A stretch of DNA of 63,794 nucleotides, counting the filler, from Octopus bimaculoides (lineage: Eukaryota): the NCBI RefSeq assembly GCF_001194135.2. It is 6 parts of 5 records of this genome, joined end to end, with 100 filler letters (N's around TTAATTAATTAA, not from the genome) between each part and the next. Parts side by side here need not be neighbours in the genome. Positions count along the whole stretch, not along the records: positions 21,845 to 44,401 come from NC_068996.1; positions 44,502 to 61,946 come from NC_068983.1; 4 more parts are not named here. One strand, 5' to 3'. The notes below the pieces were generated by a model, which worked only from the letters and a program-made list of their open reading frames with translations, did not search any database and was not told where the DNA came from. The position numbers and the translations under genes were made by a program. How positions within the stretch are numbered: the stretch's first letter is position 1; the number at the start of each line of letters is the position of its first letter. This document shows positions 37,420-48,682 of this stretch, in pieces.

Positions 37420-38039
37420 GTAGAATGTTTAAGAGAAGATTTATTTATATGTTAACATGTGTGTCTGTGTGTGCGACATATAAACATAATAATAGACAGG
37501 CCGTCATGTATACAAAGTGTATGTGTAAAACATAGATGTATGTGTGTGCGATAAGGACAGAACATAGAAAGATGTCTATAATGACGTTAGAAGAATGTTC
37601 AGACAACTGGATGATAAATATCAGTTCGTAGTCAAGATACACAGTAGTTGAGGTGCTGTATCAAGAAGTTCAGGCGGCAATGCAGAGCCGGGGAGAGGCA
37701 CGTGTCGTACAAGAAGTCGTCGCTTCAATGCTGCTGCCGCTTACTTGTTACAGAAGGTTGTCGCAGGTTGTATTTGCTGTTAACCATGGTGTAGTAATTC
37801 ACAAACAGTGTTGAGATAGAACCTGTGCGAGCGTTGCTGGTTGGTGTGTACGTAGAGAGATGATGTTGACGCTAAGAAGCTGGAGGCGACAAAGATGGAG
37901 GTCCTGAATGCTGCTGGACAAAGTGTTGATGAGTCTCCATGTGGCTGCTGTTGTGTCGTCGCTGGAACTGGCTGTGTGCTCTGTGGTCAGTGGCTAGACC
38001 TCAGAAGGTCTGGAGCCGAAAAGACATGGGACGGTGAGA
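37420..38039 (-). mobile_element. Possible LTR/UTR-like sequence upstream of the Gypsy gag remnant
   Basis: Non-coding, relatively GC-rich, AATAAA near its minus-strand 3' end, directly joined to gag; other end lost in a gap. Confidence 0.3.
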
Positions 38040-38844
38040 NNNNNNNNNNNNNNNNNNNNNNNNNNNNNNNNNNNNNNNNNNNNNNNNNNNNNNNNNNNNN
38101 NNNNNNNNNNNNNNNNNNNNNNNNNNNNNNNNNNNNNNNNNNNNNNNNNNNNNNNNNNNNNNNNNNNNNNNNNNNNNNNNNNNNNNNNNNNNNNNNNNNN
38201 NNNNNNNNNNNNNNNNNNNNNNNNNNNNNNNNNNNNNNNNNNNNNNNNNNNNNNNNNNNNNNNNNNNNNNNNNNNNNNNNNNNNNNNNNNNNNNNNNNNN
38301 NNNNNNNNNNNNNNNNNNNNNNNNNNNNNNNNNNNNNNNNNNNNNNNNNNNNNNNNNNNNNNNNNNNNNNNNNNNNNNNNNNNNNNNNNNNNNNNNNNNN
38401 NNNNNNNNNNNNNNNNNNNNNNNNNNNNNNNNNNNNNNNNNNNNNNNNNNNNNNNNNNNNNNNNNNNNNNNNNNNNNNNNNNNNNNNNNNNNNNNNNNNN
38501 NNNNNNNNNNNNNNNNNNNNNNNNNNNNNNNNNNNNNNNNNNNNNNNNNNNNNNNNNNNNNNNNNNNNNNNNNNNNNNNNNNNNNNNNNNNNNNNNNNNN
38601 NNNNNNNNNNNNNNNNNNNNNNNNNNNNNNNNNNNNNNNNNNNNNNNNNNNNNNNNNNNNNNNNNNNNNNNNNNNNNNNNNNNNNNNNNNNNNNNNNNNN
38701 NNNNNNNNNNNNNNNNNNNNNNNNNNNNNTTAAGCCAAGTGGAAACACCAACTTCTTCGACATTACTCATTTATCTGACACTTAAACGAAAAAGGTCCGA
38801 ATTAATTAATGAAGCGGAGTCGCAATGACGATAAACAATTTCGA

Positions 38845-39055
38845 CGGATCTTTTCCTTTTACCCGGCACATAGAAAAAATAATTTTTTGAAACTAAACAC
38901 TTTCAAATTTCGTATACTGGTAGAATGTGTCATTTAAAACATCATTTACTCTTAGAATTTTTAAGAAAATTCCTTATTTTCGAAGTTATTTCGTGTTAAA
39001 GTTGTCGTATTTCGGTAATTTCAACCAATCAATGACGTCTATTGAGGTGAAAACT
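38845..39055. mobile_element. MITE-like repeat fragment
   Basis: AT-rich sequence (aactaaacactttcaaatttcgtatactggtagaatgtgtc...caaccaatcaatgacgtctattgagg) recalled as an abundant octopus dispersed repeat; not verifiable here. Confidence 0.35.
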
Positions 39056-39169
39056 GTAGTGGCGCGAAATTATAGCCGCCATTGAGGAAGTACTATCTGC
39101 ACATGCGCAAGGGACTTGCCTTTCCGGAAGCCCCTCTAGTGCGCATGCGTAGTAAAACTAGTAGTTACA
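39056..39169. promoter_or_regulatory. Cluster of housekeeping-promoter-like motifs (E2F, YY1, NRF1-like x2, ETS)
   Basis: TGGCGCGAAA (39060-69), GCCGCCATTG (~39075-84), TGCACATGCGCA (~39098-109), TTCCGGAAG (39122-30), TGCGCATGCG (39140-49). Confidence 0.45.
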
Positions 39170-39801
39170 GAGTTTGTTTCACTTTCTAAGCCTCTTGAGC
39201 GCGATACCTTCAACGTAACAACACCTTGCTCCTCAACGAAGCACTCTTCACCACGATGCCATCGATGTGATAGCTACTAGCTCCTCTGGTATGCATCAAG
39301 GAGGCTCTTAACCTTCCAATACCGAATACAACTTAATCAGCGGCTGCTAAGCTGAATGACACAGAATTTGTAAAACCAAGCATCATAAAAATAAAACTTA
39401 TTTTTATTATGTTGTTAATTGTTCTATTGTTTCTTCATATATAATTATGTTGAAAGGTGATAGAAAGAGACTAATGTCTCTATTGCAACTATCAACCTTT
39501 TACAAAACAATTACTGCTGTTGTTTGTCAACAAGACGTTCTGGCAGTTTATACTTAGTTTATCACTGTTATTACTGATATATTTACATTTGAGATACACG
39601 TGTGTATAGTTTAAACAATTCAGTTATTAGTTATTTAAAAAAAAATTCAGTTTATTTTGTTTGTGGAAGTATTTTCGTTTGTTTTAGCGTTTTCGAAATT
39701 GCCTATTTTGAGATCTTTCCCCTTGAATAAAGTTACTGCCGTTGTTTGTCAACAACAACTATCGGCGGTATATATTTCGTTTGTCAGTTATTTATGACAT
39801 C

Positions 39802-40194
39802 GTTCGTGCGTCTGTACTGGTTTTAGCCTTCGGGTTTTAGGGTCAGGGTTAGGGATAAGGTTTTAGAGTTAGGGTTAGGGTTTTAGGGTTAGGATTTTAG
39901 GATTAGGGTTAGGGTTTTAGAGTTAGGGTTAGGGTTAGGGTTTTAGGGTTAGGGTTGGGGTTTTAGGGTTAGGGTTGGGATTTTAGGGTTAGAGTTACGG
40001 AAAAATGTGAAAAATGAAGAAATTGGAGGGGGATGGGGGCAAAAATGTCGTTCCGAAAATAGTAGCCGAAAAAACCCCTAACCCTAACTTTAAAACCCTA
40101 ACCCTGACCCTAAAACTCTAACCCTAACTCTAAAACCCGAACCCTAGCCCTAACCCTAAAACCCCAAAGCTAAAACCAGTACAAACGCACGAAC
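39802..40194. repeat. Inverted interstitial telomere-like repeats: (TTAGGG/TTTTAGGG)n - 75 bp spacer - (CCCTAA/CCCTAAAA)n
   Basis: Direct reading; outer 41-bp non-telomeric flanks are reverse complements with 3 mismatches. Confidence 0.93.
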
Positions 40195-40748
40195 NNNNNN
40201 NNNNNNNNNNNNNNNNNNNNNNNNNNNNNNNNNNNNNNNNNNNNNNNNNNNNNNNNNNNNNNNNNNNNNNNNNNNNNNNNNNNNNNNNNNNNNNNNNNNN
40301 NNNNNNNNNNNNNNNNNNNNNNNNNNNNNNNNNNNNNNNNNNNNNNNNNNNNNNNNNNNNNNNNNNNNNNNNNNNNNNNNNNNNNNNNNNNNNNNNNNNN
40401 NNNNNNNNNNNNNNNNNNNNNNNNNNNNNNNNNNNNNNNNNNNNNNNNNNNNNNNNNNNNNNNNNNNNNNNNNNNNNNNNNNNNNNNNNNNNNNNNNNNN
40501 NNNNNNNNNNNNNNNNNNNNNNNNNNNNNNNNNNNNNNNNNNNNNNNNNNNNNNNNNNNNNNNNNNNNNNNNNNNNNNNNNNNNNNNNNNNNNNNNNNNN
40601 NNNNNNNNNNNNNNNNNNNNNNNNNNNNNNNNNNNNNNNNNNNNNNNNNNNNNNNNNNNNNNNNNNNNNNNNNNNNNNNNNNNNNNNNNNNNNNNNNNNN
40701 NNNNNNNNNNNNNNNNNNNNNNNNNNNNNNNNNNNNNNNNNNNNNNNN

Positions 40749-40886
40749 AATCCTGTGACTTTATTACCGTTACCACCCTAGGACCCCACCCCCGGACAAG
40801 ACAAAATCCTGTGACTTTATTACCGTTACCACCCTAGGACCCCACCCCCGGACAAGACAAAATCCTGTGACTTTATTACCGTTACC
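40749..40886. repeat. 56-bp perfect tandem repeat (~2.5 copies)
   Basis: AATCCTGTGACTTTATTACCGTTACC starts at 40749, 40805 and 40861. Confidence 0.95.
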
Positions 40887-40889
40887 TTT

Positions 40890-41060
40890 TTTTTACCTGG
40901 ATTCGGTTGTACCATGTAAAGCGTTAGAGAAAGAAATTTGCTATTTCATGACCCTTAAAATACCATTGTGTGTACCCAGTTTACTATTTTGCCTGTGTGG
41001 AACCCCTAAAATCTTATATGGACCCTCAGAGGTCATATGGACTCCCATTGAGAATCACTG
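40890..41060. mobile_element. hAT (Charlie-like) non-autonomous element right end
   Basis: Ends ...ggactcccattgagaatcactg (RC CAGTGATTCTCAA), followed by TTCTAGAG, matching the NTCTAGAN target consensus; that 8-mer overlaps an adjacent SINE-B tail. Confidence 0.5.
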
Positions 41061-41065
41061 TTCTA

Positions 41066-41177
41066 GAGGCACAAGGATTGAAATTTGGAGTGAGGGGCGT
41101 AGTCGATTAAATCGAGCCTAGTTCATAACTGATACTTATTTCATCGACCTCCAAAAGGATGAAAGGCAAAATCGATC
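41066..41177 (-). mobile_element. SINE family B 3' fragment
   Basis: gcacaagg..tgaaattt...tagtcgattaaatcg...gatacttatttcatcgacc...aaaaggatgaaaggcaaa. Confidence 0.7.
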
Positions 41178-41449
41178 TTTATTCCACCAAGGCGATGAAC
41201 ATTTGGGAAAAGATTTGAAGGATGTAATCTGAAATCATAAGAGGGTAAGATGAAATCGATTTCAAGTTTCCCCCAGTAATTTCAAATTATCTCTGAGAGT
41301 AACTTGAAATCAATTTCATCCTACCTCAACGAGATTCAAATTACTGGGAGGTAAGCTGAATGAGGAGAGGGCAGTACAGGTTTAATTTGAAAATGCTTCA
41401 CAGGCAACTCATCAAAAGTGTTTCTAGGAATAGTACTGATAAAATTGTC

Positions 41450-43710
41450 TGAAATGGATCTATTATACTGCATTGTATAAGTATTAATATACATACTTTA
41501 TTGGCAAATATCTGAGTGTCTGTTTTTCTGACCCATGGATTACATTTGTCTGCATTTGGGACATTTTTATTTTCATTTTTATTCATGGATGTGATCTTCC
41601 AAGTTCTTGAGTTGCTGATTTTAAATAACCAAACCATTTTTATCTATCACGTAAAGATTTTCAATAAAATGCAAATTAATGATAATAAAAAATATGAATT
41701 CTTAATAAATTGTTACTTTATTTAAATGAAACAAGTAATCATGGAAAAGTATATTCTGTTAGTTTTAAGAATATAAGTATTCCAAATCAAAATGAAATGA
41801 ATCGTGAATCATCAACATCGAATCAAATGAATATAAAAAAATATGATCCCAATGGTTAGCCTACATATTGATTCAAAGGAATTCGATTTGTACTGTGCAT
41901 CTGGACTGTCATGTTTCAATGACCAGCAGTAATCTGCTATCATGCTGACATTCTATTTCCCCCTGATATTGTGTTTCCATGGTGCAAATATACTGATGGA
42001 ACCACTCTCTTTGTTCCTCACTATAGTCACCACAGTTCTTGGGAAAGTAGTCAAGATGTGAGTACAAAAAGTGCATCTTGACACTTAGTCTGGACGCAAG
42101 TTGTTGGAAACTTGACACCAGGTCTTGAATCATTTTTCATATTCTGGGGAGTGGCTGTTTCCCAAGAAAATTTGGACTATCTGTTTGAAGGAAAACCATG
42201 CATTCACCTCGATACCTGCTTATGCTTCCTCAAAATGCTTGTCCTTCACTGATTCCTGAATATGAGGGCCAATGAAGATTCCTGCCTTGAGCTTGCCTTC
42301 TCTTATATGAGGAAACTTTGACTCCAGGTATTTGAAAGCTGCTCCATTCTTGTTCAGGGCCTTCACAAAATCTTTCATAAGTCCTAATTTGATGTGGAGT
42401 GGTGGCAACAGAATTTTCTTGGGGTCAACTAGTGATACAGCTTTCACTCTGATTTCTGGGTAAGAGGCTGGTTCTTGGTGGCCAGTCTTTTTGTTCATAG
42501 TGATGGCTGTCTGCCGTACTATCTGAAACAAAAGAAACAGGGATAATTAGTGTATCCCCCCTTGAAAACCTAGTAGGAGAGCAATAACTCTTAAATTACA
42601 ACAAATGAGAAAATGGTGGTTATGGAACTTGATGGCAGTTATTAGTGTCTTCATATTTTCGTAAGTTTCTGACATTTGGACAATATGGCCAATTGACACA
42701 GATGCAGCTGTTAGAAGAATCACCAAAGAGCCTTCATTCATCTATTTTGTATGACATCTCCATGTGTTCAATAAAGCCAGAAATATTTGAGTAGAAAACT
42801 GTTTCTCAACTGTTTCTCATCCTGTTTCTCAAAGAACTGAGTGAATTCCACTTCACGATGATGATACCAAGCAAATGTTCCAAGAAAATGTTTCTTCAGT
42901 CTAGAGTCAAGTAACTGTGCACTTTATTTTGGAAGGTAAAGGTCTCTCACCAAGTCATTGAGCTTAACTTGTTTGAAGAGTTCGGGATTGTCATTTGTTG
43001 GTGGTTCATAGTCTACCTCCATCTCATTAGTATCACTAGTGTCAAACTCTGATGAAATTTCCCCTGTCTTGGGTGGCACAGGTAGAAGAATATCATCTGC
43101 GTGTGGAACAGGCCTTATTGCTGACAGAAAATTTAGGTATATTATGTGATCCTTCGTCTTGTTGAATCCAGCTACTTTAGTCATACAGAAGTAGCAGTCG
43201 TCATAATGGTTCATTTGCTCCCACCATACCATTGGTACTCCAAAGGGCCTACATTTCAGTTTACCATCTGACTACATATGGAGCTTACTAATGCAGCTCT
43301 TGAAAGCTTTGTGAGGTGCAAATAACTTGTCATGGTCTCCCAGTTTGCAGCTAAAATAAGCTAAATAGCAGCACTTTAACAAAGGAATAATATTGCTCTG
43401 GGTATCTGAAGGAGTGAATTGCCTGCAAAAATTAGCAAAATATATCTGGTGAATTTATGCAGCCTCTAGATATACTCACAATTGGATGATAAAGAAAAAT
43501 ATACTAGATTTAATATTCAAGACAGCATAAGATAAGCGTTTTCATTGGTAATATACTTTATCATTTACTTATGCTATACAAAAAGAGAAAAGTAACGTTT
43601 CTGTATAACTTGAGAACCTGATGTGATAGAGGTGAATAAAAAACACTATAAATCAATATTTTTCATATATATTTCAAGCAAAATACCATGCAGTCAATAG
43701 AAAAAATCAT
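41450..43710 (-). mobile_element. Decayed CMC/Chapaev3-like DNA transposon with near-complete transposase remnants (~43440->41880)
   Basis: PDIFC...AYFSCKLGDHDKLFAPH...PFGVPMVWWEQMNHYDDCYFC; LNDLVRDL; ICCNLRVIALLLGFQGG; PPLHIKLGLMKDFVKAL; SVKMHFLYSHLDYFP..GDYSEEQ...FHQ. Transposase homology is clear; the family label is from memory. Confidence 0.75.
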
Positions 43711-43714
43711 GCAT

Positions 43715-44285
43715 TTCGGGCAGGTCTGATTGATTGCACTTCGATGCCTGTAGAATTTATCTCGAACTGGCAATGACCCCCTAGTACCATATCCAGGCCA
43801 AGGATTTCTGGATTTTAACCATGGACTCCGCTCCGAAGGTCTTCCGGAATAGACCAGCCAGTTGATTCTTGTCGACGGTCAAATTCTCCCTGAGAACTCG
43901 TTGCACTTTCCCACCAGTAAACCTCTGTAGAACGTCAAAATGGAACTCCCACCGACCGCATTATCCGACTGGTAGAGGAATGTGAGCGCCTGACGGAACT
44001 CTAGGTGCTAGGCGCCCTGCCTCCGGCTATGCTTGATTCAGGACTGCAGTTCAGTCAAAGTGACAAACTGCGGAAAAGTGAGTCTGAAAAACGGCGATCA
44101 CACTTGTTCGCCTGACCTGTAGAATGCTTCCCTTTCACAGAAAGCGGAAGAGTAGGTGCTCCAGTCTGGTCAGACTGAACTGGTGCAAGGCACGACGGTT
44201 AGGCGGTAATATATAACGGAGGCGATGTATTCATTCTTCATCTCTGCCCGACCATTCAGGGAAAGCATTCCCTCGGCTTTAGTTT
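43715..44285 (-). mobile_element. Tx1/L1-like LINE C-terminal remnant (related to 21846-22670)
   Basis: KIQKSLAWIWY*GSLPVRDKFYRHRSAINQTCP aligns with NFQRSLAWQCYQGALPVRDKLYQYGSAVNRACP. Confidence 0.7.
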
Positions 44286-44534
44286 CTGTACAGTAGAACC
44301 TCGGTTTTCGATTGTACGTTATCTCCTGTCTTTCTCATATTGATTTAATACAGTAGTACCTCGGTTCACGAATAAATCGTGCTTTATATATATATATATA
44401 TNNNNNNNNNNNNNNNNNNNNNNNNNNNNNNNNNNNNNNNNNNNNTTAATTAATTAANNNNNNNNNNNNNNNNNNNNNNNNNNNNNNNNNNNNNNNNNNN
44501 NTATATATATATATATATATATGTATAATCTATT

Positions 44535-44842
44535 GTAGAGGTATATGACCTAATGGTTAGAGCAGCAGGCTTGGAGTCAAGGGATTGCGGCATCAAATCT
44601 CCGACTGGGTGATGTGTGTGTTTATGAGTGAAATACCTAAGCTCCATGCAGCCCTGGCAGAAGGTAATGGTGAACTTCTGCTGACTCTTTCACCACCACT
44701 TTCTCTCACTCTGTCTTCCTGCATCAAGCAGCTCACTGGTGATGGACCAGTGTCCCATTCAGGTGGGGAACCTATACGCCAATGAAACTGGGAAACCGGC
44801 CCTTATGAGCCAGGTATGGCTTGAGAAGGAACAAATAACAAC
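44535..44842 (+). mobile_element. tRNA-derived SINE (head and body like 51924-52294, tail like family A)
   Basis: Direct alignment to both partner copies in this window. Confidence 0.8.
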
Positions 44843-45689
44843 ATCATATTCTATTAATCTTTTATCCTTTTACTGGTTTCAGACTGGGGCCAAGCGGGAG
44901 CACTGTCTTTCTGTGTTTTGGGGTTTCCTTCTGTACTGTTTTTGGTGAAGATGTGAGTTGGATAGAGTTGCTGTTCTTTGTGCCCCCTATCATGATGTGG
45001 GTTCATCTGAAATTTCAAATCAAAAGTGCTTTTCCACATCTACACCCTGCGAATTTCTGAGGTTGTATGGCAGGCTGTTAAACAATTATGGTCCCCTGAA
45101 ACCTATATATATATATGTGTGTGTGTGTGTGTATAGGGAAAGTAAGAAGAAAAAAAAGCGAAAATGCACATTGGAAATCAAAGAAAGTAAAGGCTTTTTA
45201 TGAAAAGTAACGATAGATATATACAATTAGATGAACTGAGGTAGGAATAAAAGTAATGAAAGTCATTATTGTGAATTGTTAAAGAGATTCAAAGGCATAC
45301 TGGTTTCGTAAAATTACTGTTCACTGGCTTTGAATGCACACCGATTACTGAATGGTGTCGGGTCTACTAGTCCTTGAGTAAAAATATTATGTGTAAGGGA
45401 GGTTAGTAGTTCTGGATTTGGTGCAATTAGGGTAGGTATAATACTGTAATGTGAATATGTGAATGGTGTATGGGATGTATGGGGGTTAGTAGTATTAATA
45501 ACATAATACAGAACACTACTAACTCTTCAATTAATATACAACCGCTTGTTTACTTTATATATATGTATATATATATATATATATACAAGAAATGCTATTT
45601 CTAAATTTTCAGTATGTTGGAGAAGCAACTCAATTGCTAATCCTTGTATATTTATGATATATATATATATATATGTATGTATATTGGAT

Positions 45690-46200
45690 GCATATGGAGC
45701 CCTGTAAGCATTGATGTCTTGTTCTCTTCCTAATGATTTGGCTCATCTTTTTTTAGACAATTGTTTATGTTTAGTTGCTTTAAATGGAGCATATATTATT
45801 ATATAAATATTATATAATTATAATTATTATTAAAAAGGACCTATGTGATTCACTCTTCTCCATCATTTTCAGCCTTCAGGTTCATTTACAAATTTATAAA
45901 TGTATATACTAGACTAGAATTATCTATACATTAAAATCGGTTGAAATTAATGTGTGGGCTACATGACTGAATTGGGTGTGTATGGAGCTGTGTAAGCATT
46001 GATGTCATGTTCAATTCCCAGTTGTTTGGCCCATTTTTTTTTTTCGGCTAATTGCTTAAGTTTAATCACTTTAGAATGGAGCATATATTATTATATTAAT
46101 AATATATGATTATAGTTATTATCAAAAAGAACTTATGTGTGTCACTCTTCCCCATAATTTACAGACTTTGAGTCTGTGTACAAATTCATTAATATATATT
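45690..46200. repeat. Diverged ~290-bp tandem duplication
   Basis: atggagc..gtaagcattgatgtc.tgttc...atggagcatatattattatat...cactcttc repeated at ~45693 and ~45981. Confidence 0.85.
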
Positions 46201-46204
46201 TATA

Positions 46205-46410
46205 TAAGTGTGTGTGTTTGTTCACACCACTGCTTGACAACTGATGTTGATGCGTTTACTTAGTGGTTCAACAAAAGAGACTGATTGAATAAGTGCCAAG
46301 CTTAAAGGAAAAAAGTACAGAGGTTGATTCATTCAACTAAAAATTCCTCAAGGTGGTGCCCCAGCTTTGCCATGGTCAAATGACTGAAATAAGTGAATAT
46401 AAATAATAAA
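46205..46410 (+). mobile_element. SINE-C 3' half
   Basis: gtgtgtttg...ccactgcttgacaac.gatg...ttagtggttcaacaaaagagac...caaggtggtgccccagc...atgactgaaataag. Confidence 0.8.
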
Positions 46411-46634
46411 AGACAAACAAACAAACAAGTAAAGAATCTGAAATAGAAGCTTAATTTATTGATATAGACATCTTTAACCTGCAGACACATGAAGTAGTTA
46501 TATTTTCAATCAGCTTCCAATTTCTTATATTAAAACCATCTCTAAATGCAGTGATTGGCATTCATTTTAAAATATTCTTTATCCTATGTTACTTGTATGA
46601 TAATTGTCAAATGCTGTTTCAACTTTAGTCCATG

Positions 46635-47105
46635 GCCATAAATTTTGAGAGAATGAGAAAAGTCGATTATACTGCTATCAGTATTTCACTTGTTATTTTA
46701 TTGACTCCAGAAGATTAAAAGAAGTCAACCTCAGGGCATTTGAACTCAGGACATTACTGTACTGCAAAAATAGTAAAGTATTTGACAAAATGCTTTACTG
46801 TTTCAGGCGTCCATCATCCTCAAAAACTTTTCAGTGATTGCAAACTTATTGAACCTGGTGTGTTGCAATTTTGATTTCTTTAAACAATTCTACAACTGGA
46901 GTGTCACTGACATCTTTATGTGGATTTAAATTTTAGACAAATAGTTATTGTATTCTTTTATCTTCATTTACTTGTTTCAGTCATTAGACTGCGTCCATAC
47001 TGGAGCACTGCTTTGAATGATTTAGTCAAACAAATCTACTTCAGGATTTATTTCTAAGTTTTATACTTATTCTACTGATCTGTTTTGCCTACAGGGATGT
47101 AAACA
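46635..47105 (-). mobile_element. SINE-B fragment (46635-46815) and SINE-C tail (46965-47105)
   Basis: Reverse-complement matches to other copies in the window. Confidence 0.65.
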
Positions 47106-47671
47106 AACCAAATCTGATTTGTTATGGCAATACTGTTTTTTCTTAACATTTTTGTTTAGGCATTAACTTTCAGTAACCTACTCCATCAAACAGTAAATGT
47201 CAAGGAAATTCATAGTTTACTGCTATGAGACAGAATACAATTACGTGATTAACAGTGTTGCATTGATGTACAATATGAAGAAAAAATATTCTCAGGTGTT
47301 TTAAAGACTTAATGAAATAAGACGCATGATATTACTTATTAATAAAAGGAATAATCTGTCATTGTTGCAGAACTATTTTTGCTGAACAAAAAAATAGCAT
47401 TTGTTATAAATATGATTAGAACTGTTGGGATTTGTGAGAAATTTTTGCTACAGAAACAGGATTTCTTTATAATCATTTGTCATAGTTGTTTGGTGTTAGT
47501 CAAATAATTGATGCAACAAGAAAACTGTAACCTGAGTAAAACAAAATTTAATTTGTCATTCATATAGTTTTTTTGCCAAACTTGCATCATTTAACCCATT
47601 AGCATTCATGTTATTCTGTCAAAATTAATGCCTGCTTTTTTATTCATATTGTTTTGAATTAATTATGCACT

Positions 47672-47845
47672 AGGCACAGGAGTGGCTGTGTGGTAAGTAG
47701 CTAACTCACCAACCACATGGTTCCGGGTTCAGTCCCACTGCATGGCACCTTGGGCAAGTGTCTTCTACTATAGCCTCGGGCCGACCAAAGCCTTGTGAGT
47801 GGATTTGGTAGATGGAAACTAAAAGAAGCCTGTCGTATATATGTC
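47672..47845 (+). mobile_element. SINE-C 5' half
   Basis: ggcacaggagtggctgtgtggtaagtagct...ggttccgggttcagtcccactgcatggcaccttgggcaagtgtcttctactatagcc. Confidence 0.9.
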
Positions 47846-48394
47846 ATATGTATATATATGTGTGTATAATTGAGTTAACTACAGACTTAACCTATAGGTT
47901 AGTAAACTTGTGCGTATGTAAGTAACACTATACGTTTTATGTTGAGTATAGCTTATTTTGATAAACTAATATGTATCAGTAACTTTTATATAATGTTGCT
48001 GTAGCATAGGTAATCCTATATCTGATACTTAGACAAGTTCATGACATTACATTGATTAAATTATCGACTATTTCAGGAATTCGTGACTTAGCAACTGGTA
48101 GTAAATCCATACATACAAATAACTGAGGGCTTCATTTCATGTGAACTTTACACAGTTTGAAACAATTTATATAATACGTTACACGTTTGTTATAGACTAT
48201 TTGTCTAGAAAATTCTGTCTGATAAGAAGTTATGCATCTGATATGCCAAGTTGCCAACAGCAGTCTCAGTCTCAAGCTGAGTATTTGAAATTATTTGTGC
48301 TACCAAATTCCGGGTATTAATCTTGAATACAACTTGTTTTAAAAAGTTTTTAGCTTCTCTAGGAATAGGCTGTGAGGTAAGAATGTTGCATTGT

Positions 48395-48615
48395 TACAGG
48401 TGTGGTTGTGTGGTATGAAGTTTGCACTTCCCAATCACATATTCAGTTCTAATGGACAAATGTCTTCTATCATAGCCCTGGGCACATTGGGCGAATGTCT
48501 TCTATTAAAGCCCTGGGCACATTGGGCAGATGTCTTCTGTTATAACCCTGGGCCAACCAAAGTCTTGTGCATGGATTAGGCAGACAGAAACTGAAAGAAA
48601 CTGGTCATATATGTA

Positions 48616-48682
<67 letters not shown>

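Noticed and set aside
46470-46545. Minus-strand RNWKLIENITTSCVC resembling a cystine-knot C-terminus
   Set aside because: No upstream cysteine framework or signal peptide, and weak splice sites
47160-48313. Possible plus-strand small exons (47160-47192, ~48077-48097, ~48197-48313), also ~54494-54513 and 60684-60716
   Set aside because: AG/GT pairs with short open frames are expected by chance in AT-rich DNA, and no recognisable protein results
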